This document shows positions 47,952-60,000 of a stretch of DNA of 64,000 bases, piece after piece. A model generated the notes under the pieces. The model searched no databases and had not been told where the DNA came from. It worked only from the letters and a program-made list of their open reading frames with translations. The position numbers were made by a program, and so were the translations under genes. Source of the DNA: Cyanophora paradoxa CCMP329 (lineage: Eukaryota > Plantae > Glaucophyta); NCBI GenBank assembly GCA_004431415.1, contig QPMI01000615.1, forward strand, positions 124,001-188,000, in the 5' to 3' direction. Each line of letters starts with the position of its first letter. Positions within the stretch are counted from its first letter, which is position 1.

Positions 47952-50900
47952 TCAGTGACTGGACTCGCGCCCGGGGACTCGCGGGCCCTCTGGTTGAGGG
48001 ACCTTGTGCGCCTCGATTAGTCTCAGGCGGTCTTTGAATCGGCTCTCGATCTCCTGCGCCTGCTTGTTGGAATCGCCGAGCGCTTCCTTGGCTGCGGCTA
48101 CCAGCCGCTCGACCTGCGCAGGGTCAAGTCCCAGCCGAGCCATCCGTCCCGCCTCAAGGGCCTCAGGGGGCTAGATCTAGGCCCGCCCGGGCTATGGGCG
48201 GGGCGGGGCGGCCACCTCGTAGTCGAGGGCTTCGAGGACGAGCTCGAGGGCGTCCTCCTCGTCCTTGCCGGCGTTCGGTGCCTCCTCTCGCTGGTACTCC
48301 AGCAGCTTCTGCCTCAGGGTGCACCCCGGGCGCTTCAGAAGCATGGGCCCGTTGAGCGCCAGCCGCCGGAGCATGCGGTACCTGCGCGGCCTCGTTCAAT
48401 TTTCAGTAAACGTTAAAGCTTAAAACATCAGGCGCACGTCGCGTCCTCAGGGGCCAGGACCAGCTTGTCGGCAAGCCACTCGAGAACCACAGCAGGCCTC
48501 CACTGCAGAAACTGCGGCGACAGGTTCAACGAGGGCCGGGGGGCTCCTGATCAGCGAGGCGAGCCGCGAAGGGTCTGTGTGTGCGGGGACGCACCGAGCC
48601 TGGGTCGAGGGCGGAGGGGGCGGCCGCGGGCGCCGCCACGTCCGCGACCGCTAAGGCTCTGGCCGTCGAAGCGGGGGCAGACTCGAGAGGAGCCGCGGGG
48701 GCGGGGGCAGGGGCGGGGAGGGGCGGCGGCGGCGGCGAGGGCGGGAGCGAGGGCGGGGACGGGAGCGAGGGCGGGGGCGGGGCGGGGGCGGGGCGGGGGC
48801 AGGGACGGTGGCGGGGGCGGGGCGGGGGCGGATCCGGAGCCGGGGGCGGGGCCGGGGGCGGGGGAAGGAGCGGCGGCGGGGGACCCTCCAAGCTCGATAT
48901 TGGAGGGAGCAGGACCGGCCGCCGCGGCATGGTCAGAAGCGACGGTGGCCGAGGCGCCAGGCCTGGCTGCGGGCACCGAAGCAGGCCCAAGAGCAGGAGG
49001 CCCAAGTGCAGAAGGCGCAGGAGCCTCCTGATCCTTGGCTGCTGAGGCTCTGGCCGTCGCTGTGGCTGCGGGCGCTGACGCCGGTCGAGCACTGGGGGCC
49101 GGGGCGGGGGCAGAGGCGGGGGCGGAGGCGGCCTGGACGCCATCGATACTGTAAGGAGCAGGAGCTTGTGTCGCCTCATGGCGAAAATCCGAAGCGGCCA
49201 CGGCCACGGGGTCACGACGGGCGGCGGCTGCAGGTGCTGAGCGGGGCCCAGCTGCCGCTGTCCCAGGAGCAGCCGCAGGCAGCGGGACAGATGCTGGCGC
49301 TGCGGGGCGGCCTGGCGGCGCAGCAGAGCCACGGCGGGCCGGCACGACGGCTACGAAGAGAGCCGGCGGTGCGCTGCACGGGCCTCGCCCCGACGAGGGC
49401 CCCGCCGCCGGTGGAGCACGTGCCTTGGCTGCAAGTGCAGACGCTGCTGCAGCCGCAGTCGCCGCGGGGCTCGCCGCCGGTGCAGAGGCCGCGGCTTTGC
49501 TGGGAAGAGTAGGAGCCGAGGCTTCCCCCACGGCTGGAGCAGGCTCCGGCGCCGCAGGAGCGGTCGCGTTTGCCGCACTGCCGACGCTGGCGGCTGGACG
49601 GAGCGGCGGCTCCACCACTGGCGGAGCGAGCCCAGCGGCCGCGCCGCGGCGGGACCCGCACTGGCCGGCGGCCGGGGCTGAGGCCGCAGCTCCCGCGGTG
49701 GGCCCCGCCGTGCGCCCCTGCAGCTGCCCCCGCCGGCAGCGCGCAGGGCGGGGGCCGCCCCGGCGTGTGCGGCCGCGGAAGCCGCTGGAGCTGCCCCGGG
49801 CGGTGGCTCCGCGGCGGCGGCGGCCGTGCTCGGCGAGCTCGAGCTCGATGCAGAGGCGGCGGAGGCGGCATGCACCGATCGCGAGGAGGTCCCCGCCACC
49901 GGCTCGCCCCCCGCACCAGTTTTCCGCTTCTTCACTGCGGGCCCCGCCGTGCGGCCCGCCTTGCCGGCTGTGTCGCGCGAGCCGGCGGCTGTGGCAGGGG
50001 CCGTCGAGCCACCGCGTGGTCCGTAGGGGCCTTCGAAGTCCCCCAGCTGTGGCGCGCGCTCGGCGTGTTCGGCAAGGATGACAGCGCTGGCGCGGGAGGC
50101 GAATCGAAGGCGCACCCCGAGCTCGTCCGCGATGAACGTGAGCGTGCGGTCGACGGCGGCCGCGTGGTCCTTGCCCCAGGCGGGGTCGTTGTCGCCCACC
50201 GGCGGCCGCTGCCCCTCGGGCCCGGCGAAGAGCTTGCGGTACCACCCCTCCGACGTGTATTCTGGATGCAGCTTTCGAGTCAGGGGCTGGCACGCGCCAC
50301 AGCTCGGCTGCCACAGTGCATCATCTAGAAGGGATTTACCAGCGAGCGGAAAGTGGGTCTCCATTTTGTGCAGCTTTTTTCCGTTGGGGCCGCACCAGGC
50401 GATGCTGCATCGGTCTATGAAACGCAGCGCCTCATCCACCGAACTCAGCGGCGGGGAGATGCGCTGCGGCGTGTCAGCGGGGATCAGGCATGCATTTGAG
50501 CGTCTGCCACAGAAGCCGCACGCCTTCTGCTTCTGGAGCTCCACGGTTGCTAAATAGTGGTCATCCTCTTTGAACACGGAATTCACGATCATCTGCGCGA
50601 AAATATTACGTCAAAAGACATCGAAGGTCAAGGCAATAATACAAATGTTTAAGTACTGACATTGCAAGGTTTGCAAAGCTCCTTCCAACGCCTCTGGAAA
50701 TCTGCTGCAGAAATTCAACGGCAAAAAATGAGGGCATAAATTAAACGATGTGGTTTTGTTGTCTTGTGATGCTAATACCTATACGGGGGGTTCTTCCCAC
50801 CGTAGTCTATCAAAACTAAAGCGCTAGTTTTAAGCCGTTTCTTCAAGATTGCAATTGGCACCACACGAGTAGCAGCCACACGCACCCGCCTGCTTATAAT

Positions 50901-53900
50901 TAGTGGTTTCGTTGACGCTGCTACTTCCGGTGCCCGTGTCTTTGTCGTTGTCTGCAGCTGCAGCTGCAGCTGTATACATTAATATCCCGGTATGTGTATG
51001 CATTAATATTTCCCCTCGCGACCGCTCTCGAGAACAATTAAACGTGCATGACGCCGCGCGCCGCGGCGCACCCGCTTCAGCGGTGGTGTGCGCGGTACCC
51101 GCTTCATCGCTATCGCCGCCCTCGTTTCTTGGTCCCGAGTCCTCCTCAGCGTCGCCAGCGCCTGTGGACTTCACCCCCCTTCGCTTCTGGGGCTTCTGGG
51201 TATCGCCATTGCGCAGGAGAACGTTGTGAGCCTTTCGCGGGATGCCCCAGGTCGAATTCAGGGTGGAGCACGAACCGCTGGCCCCCCACCCATTTTGGAG
51301 AGAAATTGGCGGACGGCTCGGGAGGCCCATCTTTTATCCCTGACCCTGGGGACCTGCAGCTTTCCATTGTGTGCGTGCAGCTCTCTGAAGAACTCCTCGT
51401 CTTCGTAGTCTGCTCACAATATTAATTGCTTTGAGAGCGCTGTGAATTCGCGGATGCTTGAAGCGACCGCGAGGCGAAAGCGAACCCGCGATCGGATAGT
51501 TCATGTCGCGGCTGGTGAGCTCAGAGGCGCCCCCCTGCTCCGAGTCGAGCTGCATGCAGACGATGATGAAGCGGTCACGAAGCCGCGCCGCGTCCTTCGT
51601 TCCCAGACGTTGTTTGTGAGCCAGAAGCATGGATGCGCGAAAGGATCGAAGAAACGAATTGACTGTGAAGCACCTCGAGGGAAGCAGAGACGGGGGGCGT
51701 CTTGAAATCCATGCCTCTCCAGGCGAAGAAGCCCGGGAGCCCGTCCTTGTCGATCCGTATCCCCTTGAGGCCGGATGTGTCGGCGGCTGTACCGAAGGGG
51801 CGCCGTTATACATAAACAACACGAAATTGAATTTAGAGACGGGTTCAATTGCAAGGTGTCCGGCTACTGCTGCGTGCATACCTCCTGCGCCACGTGCATC
51901 TTCGCGATCTGCCTCGCCCCCGCGGGCATCGGTCTCCTCGACTTCCTCCTCTTCTTCTTCCCCTTCCGCGAGCTGTTCCTCCTCCTCTTCCTCCTCCTCG
52001 GCGCCGCCGGTCAATTTCCGATCCCGCTTGAGCTTTTTGCGCTGAAGAAAGGTCTCAAAATGTGCGCATGGCAAAAGGTCCGAGTCCCGGCGTGCACAGC
52101 CGCGGCGGGCGCACGACTGCGAGGGTCTGGTAGGCCCCCCGGTCTTTGAGGAACTGGCGGACCGCAGCGCGGCGGGCTTTATTGGCTGCGTCAGTGCCGG
52201 CCGCCCCGAGCTCACGCGCGACGTAGCCCTCCAGCTCGCCCGCCTGCACGTCGGCGTAGAACTGCTGCTCCGCGTACTCTGGTGCGTTTGCAGCTCGTTA
52301 CGGTCAGATACACAAATGCGTGTACATGAAAGTACGGGCGCATGGCGCACCGGAGCGGGGGAAGTTCAGTTGGGCGTCGGGGATGCGGTCCCGCGGGGGA
52401 ATGCCGTCGTGCTCGTCCAGCCACTGGCAGCAGATGATCGCCCGGTCGCGGCAACGGGCCGCTTCCTGAGGTCATGATCATGATCATGGTTAACGTTGTG
52501 CACGTGGAAAAGAGGCGCGCGGGCACAACAAGCGCAATCACTAGACCGGACCCCGGGCCTCTGAAATGGCGGACCTCAGGATCGCTGGCCCATGCCGTGG
52601 AGAAGAACCTGGCGCGCCCGCGCCAGCTGAACTTTCCGAACCAGTCGCGCCCGTTGCTGCAGCGGTAGACGCCGTGGAAGCCCGACTCGCCGACTCCGCG
52701 ACCGTGGCGGCCGCGGGGCCCGTCGTCCCGGTCGACGTCCCCGCGGTCGGATCCATCCGCCGGATCCGGATCCGAGTCCGAGCTCGAGCTCGAGCTCGAG
52801 GGCTCGTCCTCTTCGAGCTCGCCATCGATGTCGTCTTCTTCATCCGTGCTTCTATAGCTGGAGGCACGCGCACGCTGGGCGCGAGTGGCAGTGAGATCCT
52901 TCAACGCACGGCCCGGGCGGCCATGATCATGACTCGCGATCGATATCGCTGTGCACCTTGCCATTGCTCGTATTTGCCCGCCGTCGGCGCTTGTACGGAC
53001 GTCGGCTCGATCTTACGATGACCCCGCGATCCCTGAGGAAGCGCCGGACGGCATCGCGCTGCTCCTCCAGAGAGCCGGCCCCCTCCGCGTACTCCGCCAG
53101 CTTCCCCTCCTGCAGGTCGACGAAGAACACCTCGCCGTCGTAATCTTTGCGGGGTGAATCAAACGAAAGGGAGTTGATACGAATCGTGCGCGCTGCGTAC
53201 CTTCGCGGGGGAAGCTGAGCTTGGAATCGGGGATGCGCTTTCCTGGCCAGTTTGTACTTTGGTCCAGCCACTGGCAGGTGAGAATGAAGCGGTCTCGCGT
53301 GCGAAGCGCATCCTGCAAGGGGTTGTAAGCGAAAGGTTGTCATTATCAGCAAAACACGCGAATTTGCCTCTCTGTCGTGCACAGTGGGGCAGGTGAACTG
53401 CTCTTTGCGCCACGTGAAATAGCCACGGAATCCGCCGTCTGTGCAAGAGATTCCGGGGGTCGATACCCGTGCACAGCGCTTCGAGTCCTCCAGTTCCTGA
53501 TCACACGTATAAGATCAGCATGCCATGATCACGATGATCACGAGTCCATGACCATCAGCACGACGTATAAAATTAAAATTGGAGGGGGGGGGGGGGGGGG
53601 AGGGGAGGGGAGGGAGGGAGGAGTTGGGGGGGAGGGAGGAGGGGGGGAGGGGAGGGGGGGAGGGGGGGGGGGGGGGCGGGGCGGGGGCGCACCGGCCGCG
53701 GTCGGGCTGCACCTGCGCATGCAGCTGCCGGCCTCAAACTCGCGGAGGGAAGACGTCGGCAGGAACGGTGCGGGACGCTACTCGGTGCTCCCGCGGCCGA
53801 CAGCGAGCCCCGGGCGGCTGGCTCCGGGTCTAGGGCAGAGCATGTATATGCATCCAGATGCGCCTCATCCATGGCCATCGCCAGCATAGATCAGGCCCTG

Positions 53901-54673
53901 GCCCGCGCGACCTGAGTCAGTACCAGCGCTGGCGCCCAACGCCTCTATAGCTAGGCTACGCCTCTGACCAGGCCTTTCTAATAGATATAGGCGCTAGGCT
54001 GCGCCGCCGCGCGCTGGCCATATGCATGGCACGTATACGGGGCACGGACCACGGCGCGGGGGCCGGCCGCCGCATGCGCAGTCGGCGCGAGCCAGCGCGA
54101 GCCCGCACCCCGGGGCCGGGGGCCTGGCGCCTGCCAGGCTGGGCCCGGGAAGTCGATGTCATACCTCGGTGCTGAGCCCCGCGGCGCCGGCCGCGGCCGC
54201 GGCCGCGCCGGCGCGCGCCGCGCGGCCCGGCGCCGCCCCGCGTGTCCCCTCAGGGGCATCAATATGGATCTCTCACCTTCAGCTTGCAGTTGATCCCGCG
54301 CGTGGCGCAGCGCCGCGCCGCCAGCTGCAGCACCGGTGCCGCGGCCGGGGCGTCTCGGCGGACAGGGCCGGCCGCAGGCCGAGTCGGCTCCGTTGCTCAC
54401 GGCGCCGACCGCTGCCGATCGGCTCGGCCAGCGCTGGTCCAATCAGATCGGTGCGACCTTACGCAGAGGCGCGGTTGCGGACCTTGAGCTTGAATGTGCG
54501 TTGGCGAGTCAATGCCGACTGCTAGCCTTGATATGTGTCGATCGGACGACAGCCTGACCGGCTGGAAGACGTCGACGCGTGGTGGCTTGTGGCTTCGAAT
54601 CAATGGTGTACCCGGCCGACAACGATCCAGGTCGATCCTGATCCCCGCCGATCCAGCCGGCAGCCGGTAGCAT
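47952..54673 (-). CDS. Multi-module AP2-like protein, paralog 2 (4 AP2-like modules); 5' exons uncertain
   Basis: ESGFHGVYRCSNGRDWFGKFSWRGRARFFSTAWASDPE|EAARCRDRAIICCQWLD...AQLNFP; TSGLKGIRIDKDGLPGFFAWRG...|DAARLRDRFII...MNYP; PGISCTDGGFRGYFTWRK...|DALRTRDRF...LSFP; SPPLSSVDEALRFIDRCSIAWCGPNG...THFP. The C-terminal domain (LRRLALNGPMLL...LEALDYE) is shared with paralog 1. Confidence 0.65.
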
Positions 54674-54905
54674 TTCTACAGTCTAGCTAACAGAAGCACC
54701 AACCTCGCTGTGGCGAATACGTGTGCAGGTTCTTCTCGACATTTAGTTGCGCGCCTCCAGTACTAGTGCGACTGGACCGTCAGAACAGGCTCGAACCTCT
54801 CCAGCTCCAGTAAGCCTGCCCAGCTGCAGCCCGGACACGGTGGACACCCCAGATCAGCTCTAGATCTGAGCGTAACCCGCGCCGATCGTTGTCTGGGCGC
54901 CCAGC

Positions 54906-56636
54906 ATGTCAGACTCTGAGAGCAGCGGGTCATCGAGTGGCGTGGACGCGGGGCGCGAGCTCGATGACGGCGAGTACGAGGTGACCGACATGCAGGAGGA
55001 CACCGACTGGGAGCGCGGCGACGAGACGGAGCTAAAGGTGCTCGCACGTGAAGGCGCTCGCGCGTGAAGGCGGACCGCTCTAAATCTGCTTTTCTCCTGA
55101 CGCGAGCGGCGCAGCGGTTCTGGCGCAAGCTGCGCTTCCGGTCCGAAGGCAAGACGCTGACGATCTTCGCGCCGCCGGCGGGCGCAAGGAAGACGCGGGT
55201 GAACGCCGGGGAGGCGGATGATCATGATCTGAAAGATCACGCGCACGGCTCGTTCGTCCTGCTGAGAACGGACGGCCCGCGGCCGTGGGTCGCCCGCGTC
55301 TCGGCGATCATGACTTCAACGAGGCACAAGGAGGGGCGCGGCAAGTTAAAAAACGACGGCCGCGATCCGGTAAAGATCGGCATCGAATGGTTCTGGTTCC
55401 GAGAAGTGCGTTCCCTTGAGCGGACATGGGCGCCGGAGCCGCATGTGAGCGTCGCCGGGGGCGGCGCAGGATCTGTTCGGCGAAGCGGGCATGAAGCGGG
55501 ACGGGGTGGATGAGAACAAGGCGTGGACGAACACGCGCGAGGTGCCGCCGCAGCGGCACGGCCTGCCGAAGTCCCAGGAGCTCTTCTTCGGGCTCGTGCA
55601 GCAGCGCTGCGGGGCGGTCGCCCCGTTTGGAGACACGCAGTCGGCTTTCACCGTGGACGGCCTCGCCACCGTCGTCTCGCCGGACGACTGGCCGCGCGTC
55701 GGCGAGCTCGGCGTGCGCCCCCGCGCGGCCGCCGCGCGCGGCCCTCCGCATCCGCGCCCGCCCCCCCGACGGGCGCCGGCAGGTGGAGAAGGGCAAGGCG
55801 TTCTTCTGCTCGCTGGCGGTGGTGCAGCCGGTGCCGGCGATCAAGCGGAGCGAGAGGGAGAAGGTGTGGCGCTTCGCGCCGCTCCCCCGAGCTCTCCGGG
55901 GCGCCATCCGGCGCGCGGGCGCCCGGCGGCCGCGCGGCGAATGAACAAGCGCCGCGCCGGGCGCGGCGGCAGCTCGGCGGCGGCCCCGCGGAGGACAAGG
56001 ACGATGAGGAGCAGCGCAAGTGCGCCGGCCGCGGCCGCCCGGCCCCGCCCCGCCCGCCGCGAGCCGGGGCGCCTGAGGAGGCGCGCTGGCGGGCAGGGTA
56101 GAGGCGTTCTCGAGGCAGCTCGCGGGGGGCGGTGCGGGGGCGGCGGTGGTGGCGGCGCTGGAGGCGCTGAGGCAGGGCAGGGCGGGCCGCGGGGCCCCTT
56201 CGGGGTGCTCGTGGGCGCCCTGAAGGACGCCGCCGGCGCCGTCGCCTCGGCGGCGCGCGAGGAGGCGAGCCTGGGGCCCGGCGAGGCCGGCGCCGCGCAG
56301 GAGGTGCGCGCCTTCGCCGAGCAGCTGGCGGCGTGCTCGAACGCCGAGGTCAGGGGCGGCTTCGCGCTCGTCGCCGCCGGCTGGGCCATCAAGCCCCAGC
56401 CGCGCCCGCCGCGCGTCCCGACGCCGGCGGAGCAAAGGGCCGCCGATTTGATCGCAAAATTGGTCGGGGCTACGCTGGGGGCGGGGGCGGGGCGCGGGGG
56501 CGCGCCGGGGAGCTCCGGCTCCTCCTCCGACTCCGACTCGAGCGCCGGGTCGAGCTCCAGCGCCGCCGGCGCCTCCGCGGCGGACTCCGCCGACGACTCG
56601 CCCGCCCCGCCCCCTGCCCGCCGCCCCCGCCGATAG
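54906..56636 (+). CDS. BAH-domain-like protein
   Basis: GSFVLLRTDGPRPWVARVSAIM...KIGIEWFWFRE|DL...SQELFFG...VDGLATVVS...KAFFCSLAV follows the BAH pattern (V.L...P.VARI...WF....ELF....I.G...V....FFC). Confidence 0.55.
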
Positions 56637-57016
56637 CCCCGCGCTCCCCGCTACTTCTCTCGTTCCGAATCTTCCGATCCCGCGCTGAAGCTTTTAAGCT
56701 ATCATAGTATACGTATGGCTGCGCGTATGGTATGTTGGATGTGAATACATTTTCATCTAAATCTAGATCTGATATTAATCCAAGTACTGCATGCGCAGCT
56801 TTAGCTCCAAGCTAAGCAGCCGCAGCCCCCGGCGTGTGTTGTGCGTGCGCTTCGATCATAGCTTCTGAAATCACGTGCACGAGCACTTGCCGAGTAGGGC
56901 TTGTGGCACACCATGCGCGCATGCGAGGTCCCTCTTACTTATCTTGGGGGTTCACTGCGGGGGATCCGGATCCGGGGGGGGGGACTGGGGGCGGGAGGGC
57001 GCGGGGCGCGTGGGGA

Positions 57017-60000
57017 TTACTTGCGGCCGGCGGGGGCGCGGCCGGCGGGGCCGGCGCGGCCACCGCGGGGGGCGCCGCGGCCCATGCCGGGGCGGTCCTC
57101 GTCGTCGCTGCCGATGTCGCCGTACTGCCACATGTTCGCCTGCCGGGGCGCCCCCGGGCTCAGGGCGGGGCGGGGGCGGGGCGCGCGAAGGCGGGGGGCG
57201 GGGGCGGACGCGGGTGCGCTTGGCCTCGTCCTCCTGCTCGCGGAGGGCGTCGAGGAGCTCCTTGGGCATGGGGGGCGTCTCCCGCGAGGGCCGCTGCACG
57301 CGCGCCAGCCCCTGCCGGATCAGCGTCGCGTTGATGTCGATCCCCTGCGCCCCGCCCCGCCCCGCCCGTCAGCGCCGAGGGGGCGGGGGCGGGTGGGGCC
57401 GGGGGCGGGGGACCTTGGCCTCGTCGAGGAGGACGGCGTAGGCGAGGCGCTTGCCCTCGCGGTGCACGACGCGCGCCTTGAGGCGGCGCTCCCACACGAG
57501 GCCCTTCAGCACCTCTGCCGCGTCCGCGCCGTAGTCCTCGTCCACCGCCGGCGCCCGCACCCCCGCCAGCACGCACTCGAACGCTGCCCCCGCGCCCCGT
57601 CGCCGGCCTGCCGCGCGGCGCGGCGGGGCGGGGCGGGGCGGGGCCGCACCCTGCGGGGCGACGGCGGCGAGCTGGGCGTCCAGGGCGCGCACGCGGTCCG
57701 CGGGCACGACGTCCGTCTGCGGGCGCGGGGGCGGGCGGCTCAGCGGGCCGGCCGGCGGGGGCGGGGGCGGGGAGGGGGTCGGGGCGCGCGTTGCCGTAGT
57801 CGACGAAGGTGACGCGGTAGCGGCGGGAGTCGCCGTCCTTGAGGGCCTTGTCGACGCGGGCGCGGTACCACTGGTCGTCCGCGCTGAACTTGGCGGCGAC
57901 CACCTCACCCTCCCGGAAGGCCGAGGCGGCGTCCAGGGGCGAGGGCGCCGGGGCCGCCCGCACCGCCAGCGCCGCCAGCTGCTGCTCGATCCACTTGATG
58001 GACGAGTCGGCGGGGCGCAGGAAGAGGCGCCCGCCGTCCACCACGTCGGCGACCTCCACCTGCAGCTCCTCCGCGGGGCCCGAGCCGTTGCCGGCCGGCT
58101 CCTCCGCCGCCGCCGACTCCTCCTCCTGCGGCAGCGTCCACAGCTGCCGGCCCCGCGCCGTCGGCACGAGCGGGAGCGCGCGCGCGGCGGGAGGGCGGGG
58201 GCACCCGCTTGCGGTCGCGGCGGGCGGCCTCCTGCGCGCGGGCGAACTCGGAGCGCTCGACGCGGGCGCGGGTGTCGACCTGCGCGGGGCCGGCGGTCAG
58301 GCGGGGTGCGCGGGCGCGAACGCGAGGGCAGGGGCGGGGGTGCGGGCCTTGGCGAGGCCCTCCTCGAGGAGGGCGACGGCGACGTTCTTCTTGGCGACGC
58401 TCATGGAGCCGATGAAGGAGCCGAGGCGGTCCTGCCCCTCGATCTCGATCTCCGCGTCGTGCTGCATCGCCAGCTGCCGCGAGAACGCCAGCGCCTCGTC
58501 CGCGAACGGCTCGCTCTTCGACGACCCGTCCCGGCGCCCGACGGCGGGGCAGCGGATGCCCCCGAGGATGAACGAGATGAAGCAGGTCTCGGCCGGGACG
58601 TAGAGCTTGAAGCGGTGCCCGTTGGTCACGTACTGCACCACGGCGCGCAGCGTGCCCTTGCGCTGCAGGAACGGCAGCATCTGCTTGGCGCGCTCGCGCG
58701 ACTCGGGGCTGCTCAGGTCGTTCACGTGGTGCGTCGGGGGCGCCCCGGGCTTGTGCATCCCCTTCTGCGCCCGGATCGCGCTGCGCGGGGGCGTCGGAAC
58801 GCGGCGCCGGCCTCGCCCCGCCTCGCGCGCTGGCCGCGCACTTGTTCTCGGCGGCGAGGAGGGCCTCGTAGTGGACGGAGCGGTCCTCGTCGGTCGGGCG
58901 CCGCTTCTGGAGGCGCCCCAGGCCGGCCTCGAGCAGCGCCTCCCCCACGTTCTTGCCCCCCTCCAGCGTCACCGTCGCGCACGCCAGCTCGATCGGCTGC
59001 TCCCGCTCCCCCGACGCCGGGATCGTTCGCATGTACTCCGTCACCACGTGCACCTTCTTGCCTGCCGCCCCCGCCCCTCGGCCGACGGCGGCGGGGGCGC
59101 GGGCGGCCCGGCCGCGGGGGCGCACCGATGAGGGCGGAGCGGAGGAACTCCTTGGCCTCCCAGCCGTAGGGCTCGTCCTTCATGTCCTTGCGGCCGGTGA
59201 TGCGCGGGGCGCGGATGTCGGCGAGCGTCACCCGCTTCTCCGCCGAGCCGTCCAGCACCACGATCGTGTCCCCGCTGGCCACCTCCACCACCTGCCCGCC
59301 CCGCTCGCCCACGGGGCCCCGCGGCGCCGCGCGGCGCGGAGCGGCGCGCCTTGCCCGTGAAGTCGCGGATGGAGGAGGGGACGGCGGCGGCGGCGCCGGC
59401 GCCCGGGCGCGGCTGGGGCGCCGACGGCGCGACGAACTCCTTCCAGAGGCGCAGCTTCTTGTCCTTGGCGCTCCTGCGGCGGCCTCAGCCGGGGCGGCCG
59501 GCCGGCCGGCGGGCGGGGCGGGGGCCGCACTTCTCGGCGGCGCGGAGGGTGTCCACGTTGGGCAGCAGCTTGGCCGACCACTCGACGACCTGCGGGCCGC
59601 GCGGCTCGGGGGAGGGCGGGGGGGCGCGGGCGGGGCGCAGGCGAGGCGGGCCTTGGCGAGGCCGAGGCCGGCGAGCTCCTCGGCGAGGTTGGCGCCCTCG
59701 CCGTACTGCAGCGTCCCGAAGAACTTGTTGTTCTTGTCCGCCCCTGCGCCCCGCCCCCGCCCCCCGTCAGCGGCAGCCGCGGGGCGGCGCGGCGCGGCGG
59801 CGGGGCGCGCCGTGGAGGTTGATGCCGACGTCGCGGTGGAGGACGCGGGCCTCGGTGAAGGCCTGCCGCCGCCCCCTCGGGCCCCGCCCGGGCCGGGGCG
59901 GGCGGGGCGCGGGGCGGGGCGGACCTTGGCCTCGTTGGCGAAGGGCAGGGCGACGCGGACCTCGCCGGCGCGCCCCGGCTGCTCCGGCGCCAGCTCGGCG

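Noticed and set aside
34150-56950. Whole AP2/BAH block as one giant transposon
   Set aside because: I found no terminal repeats, TSD, transposase or integrase at its edges.
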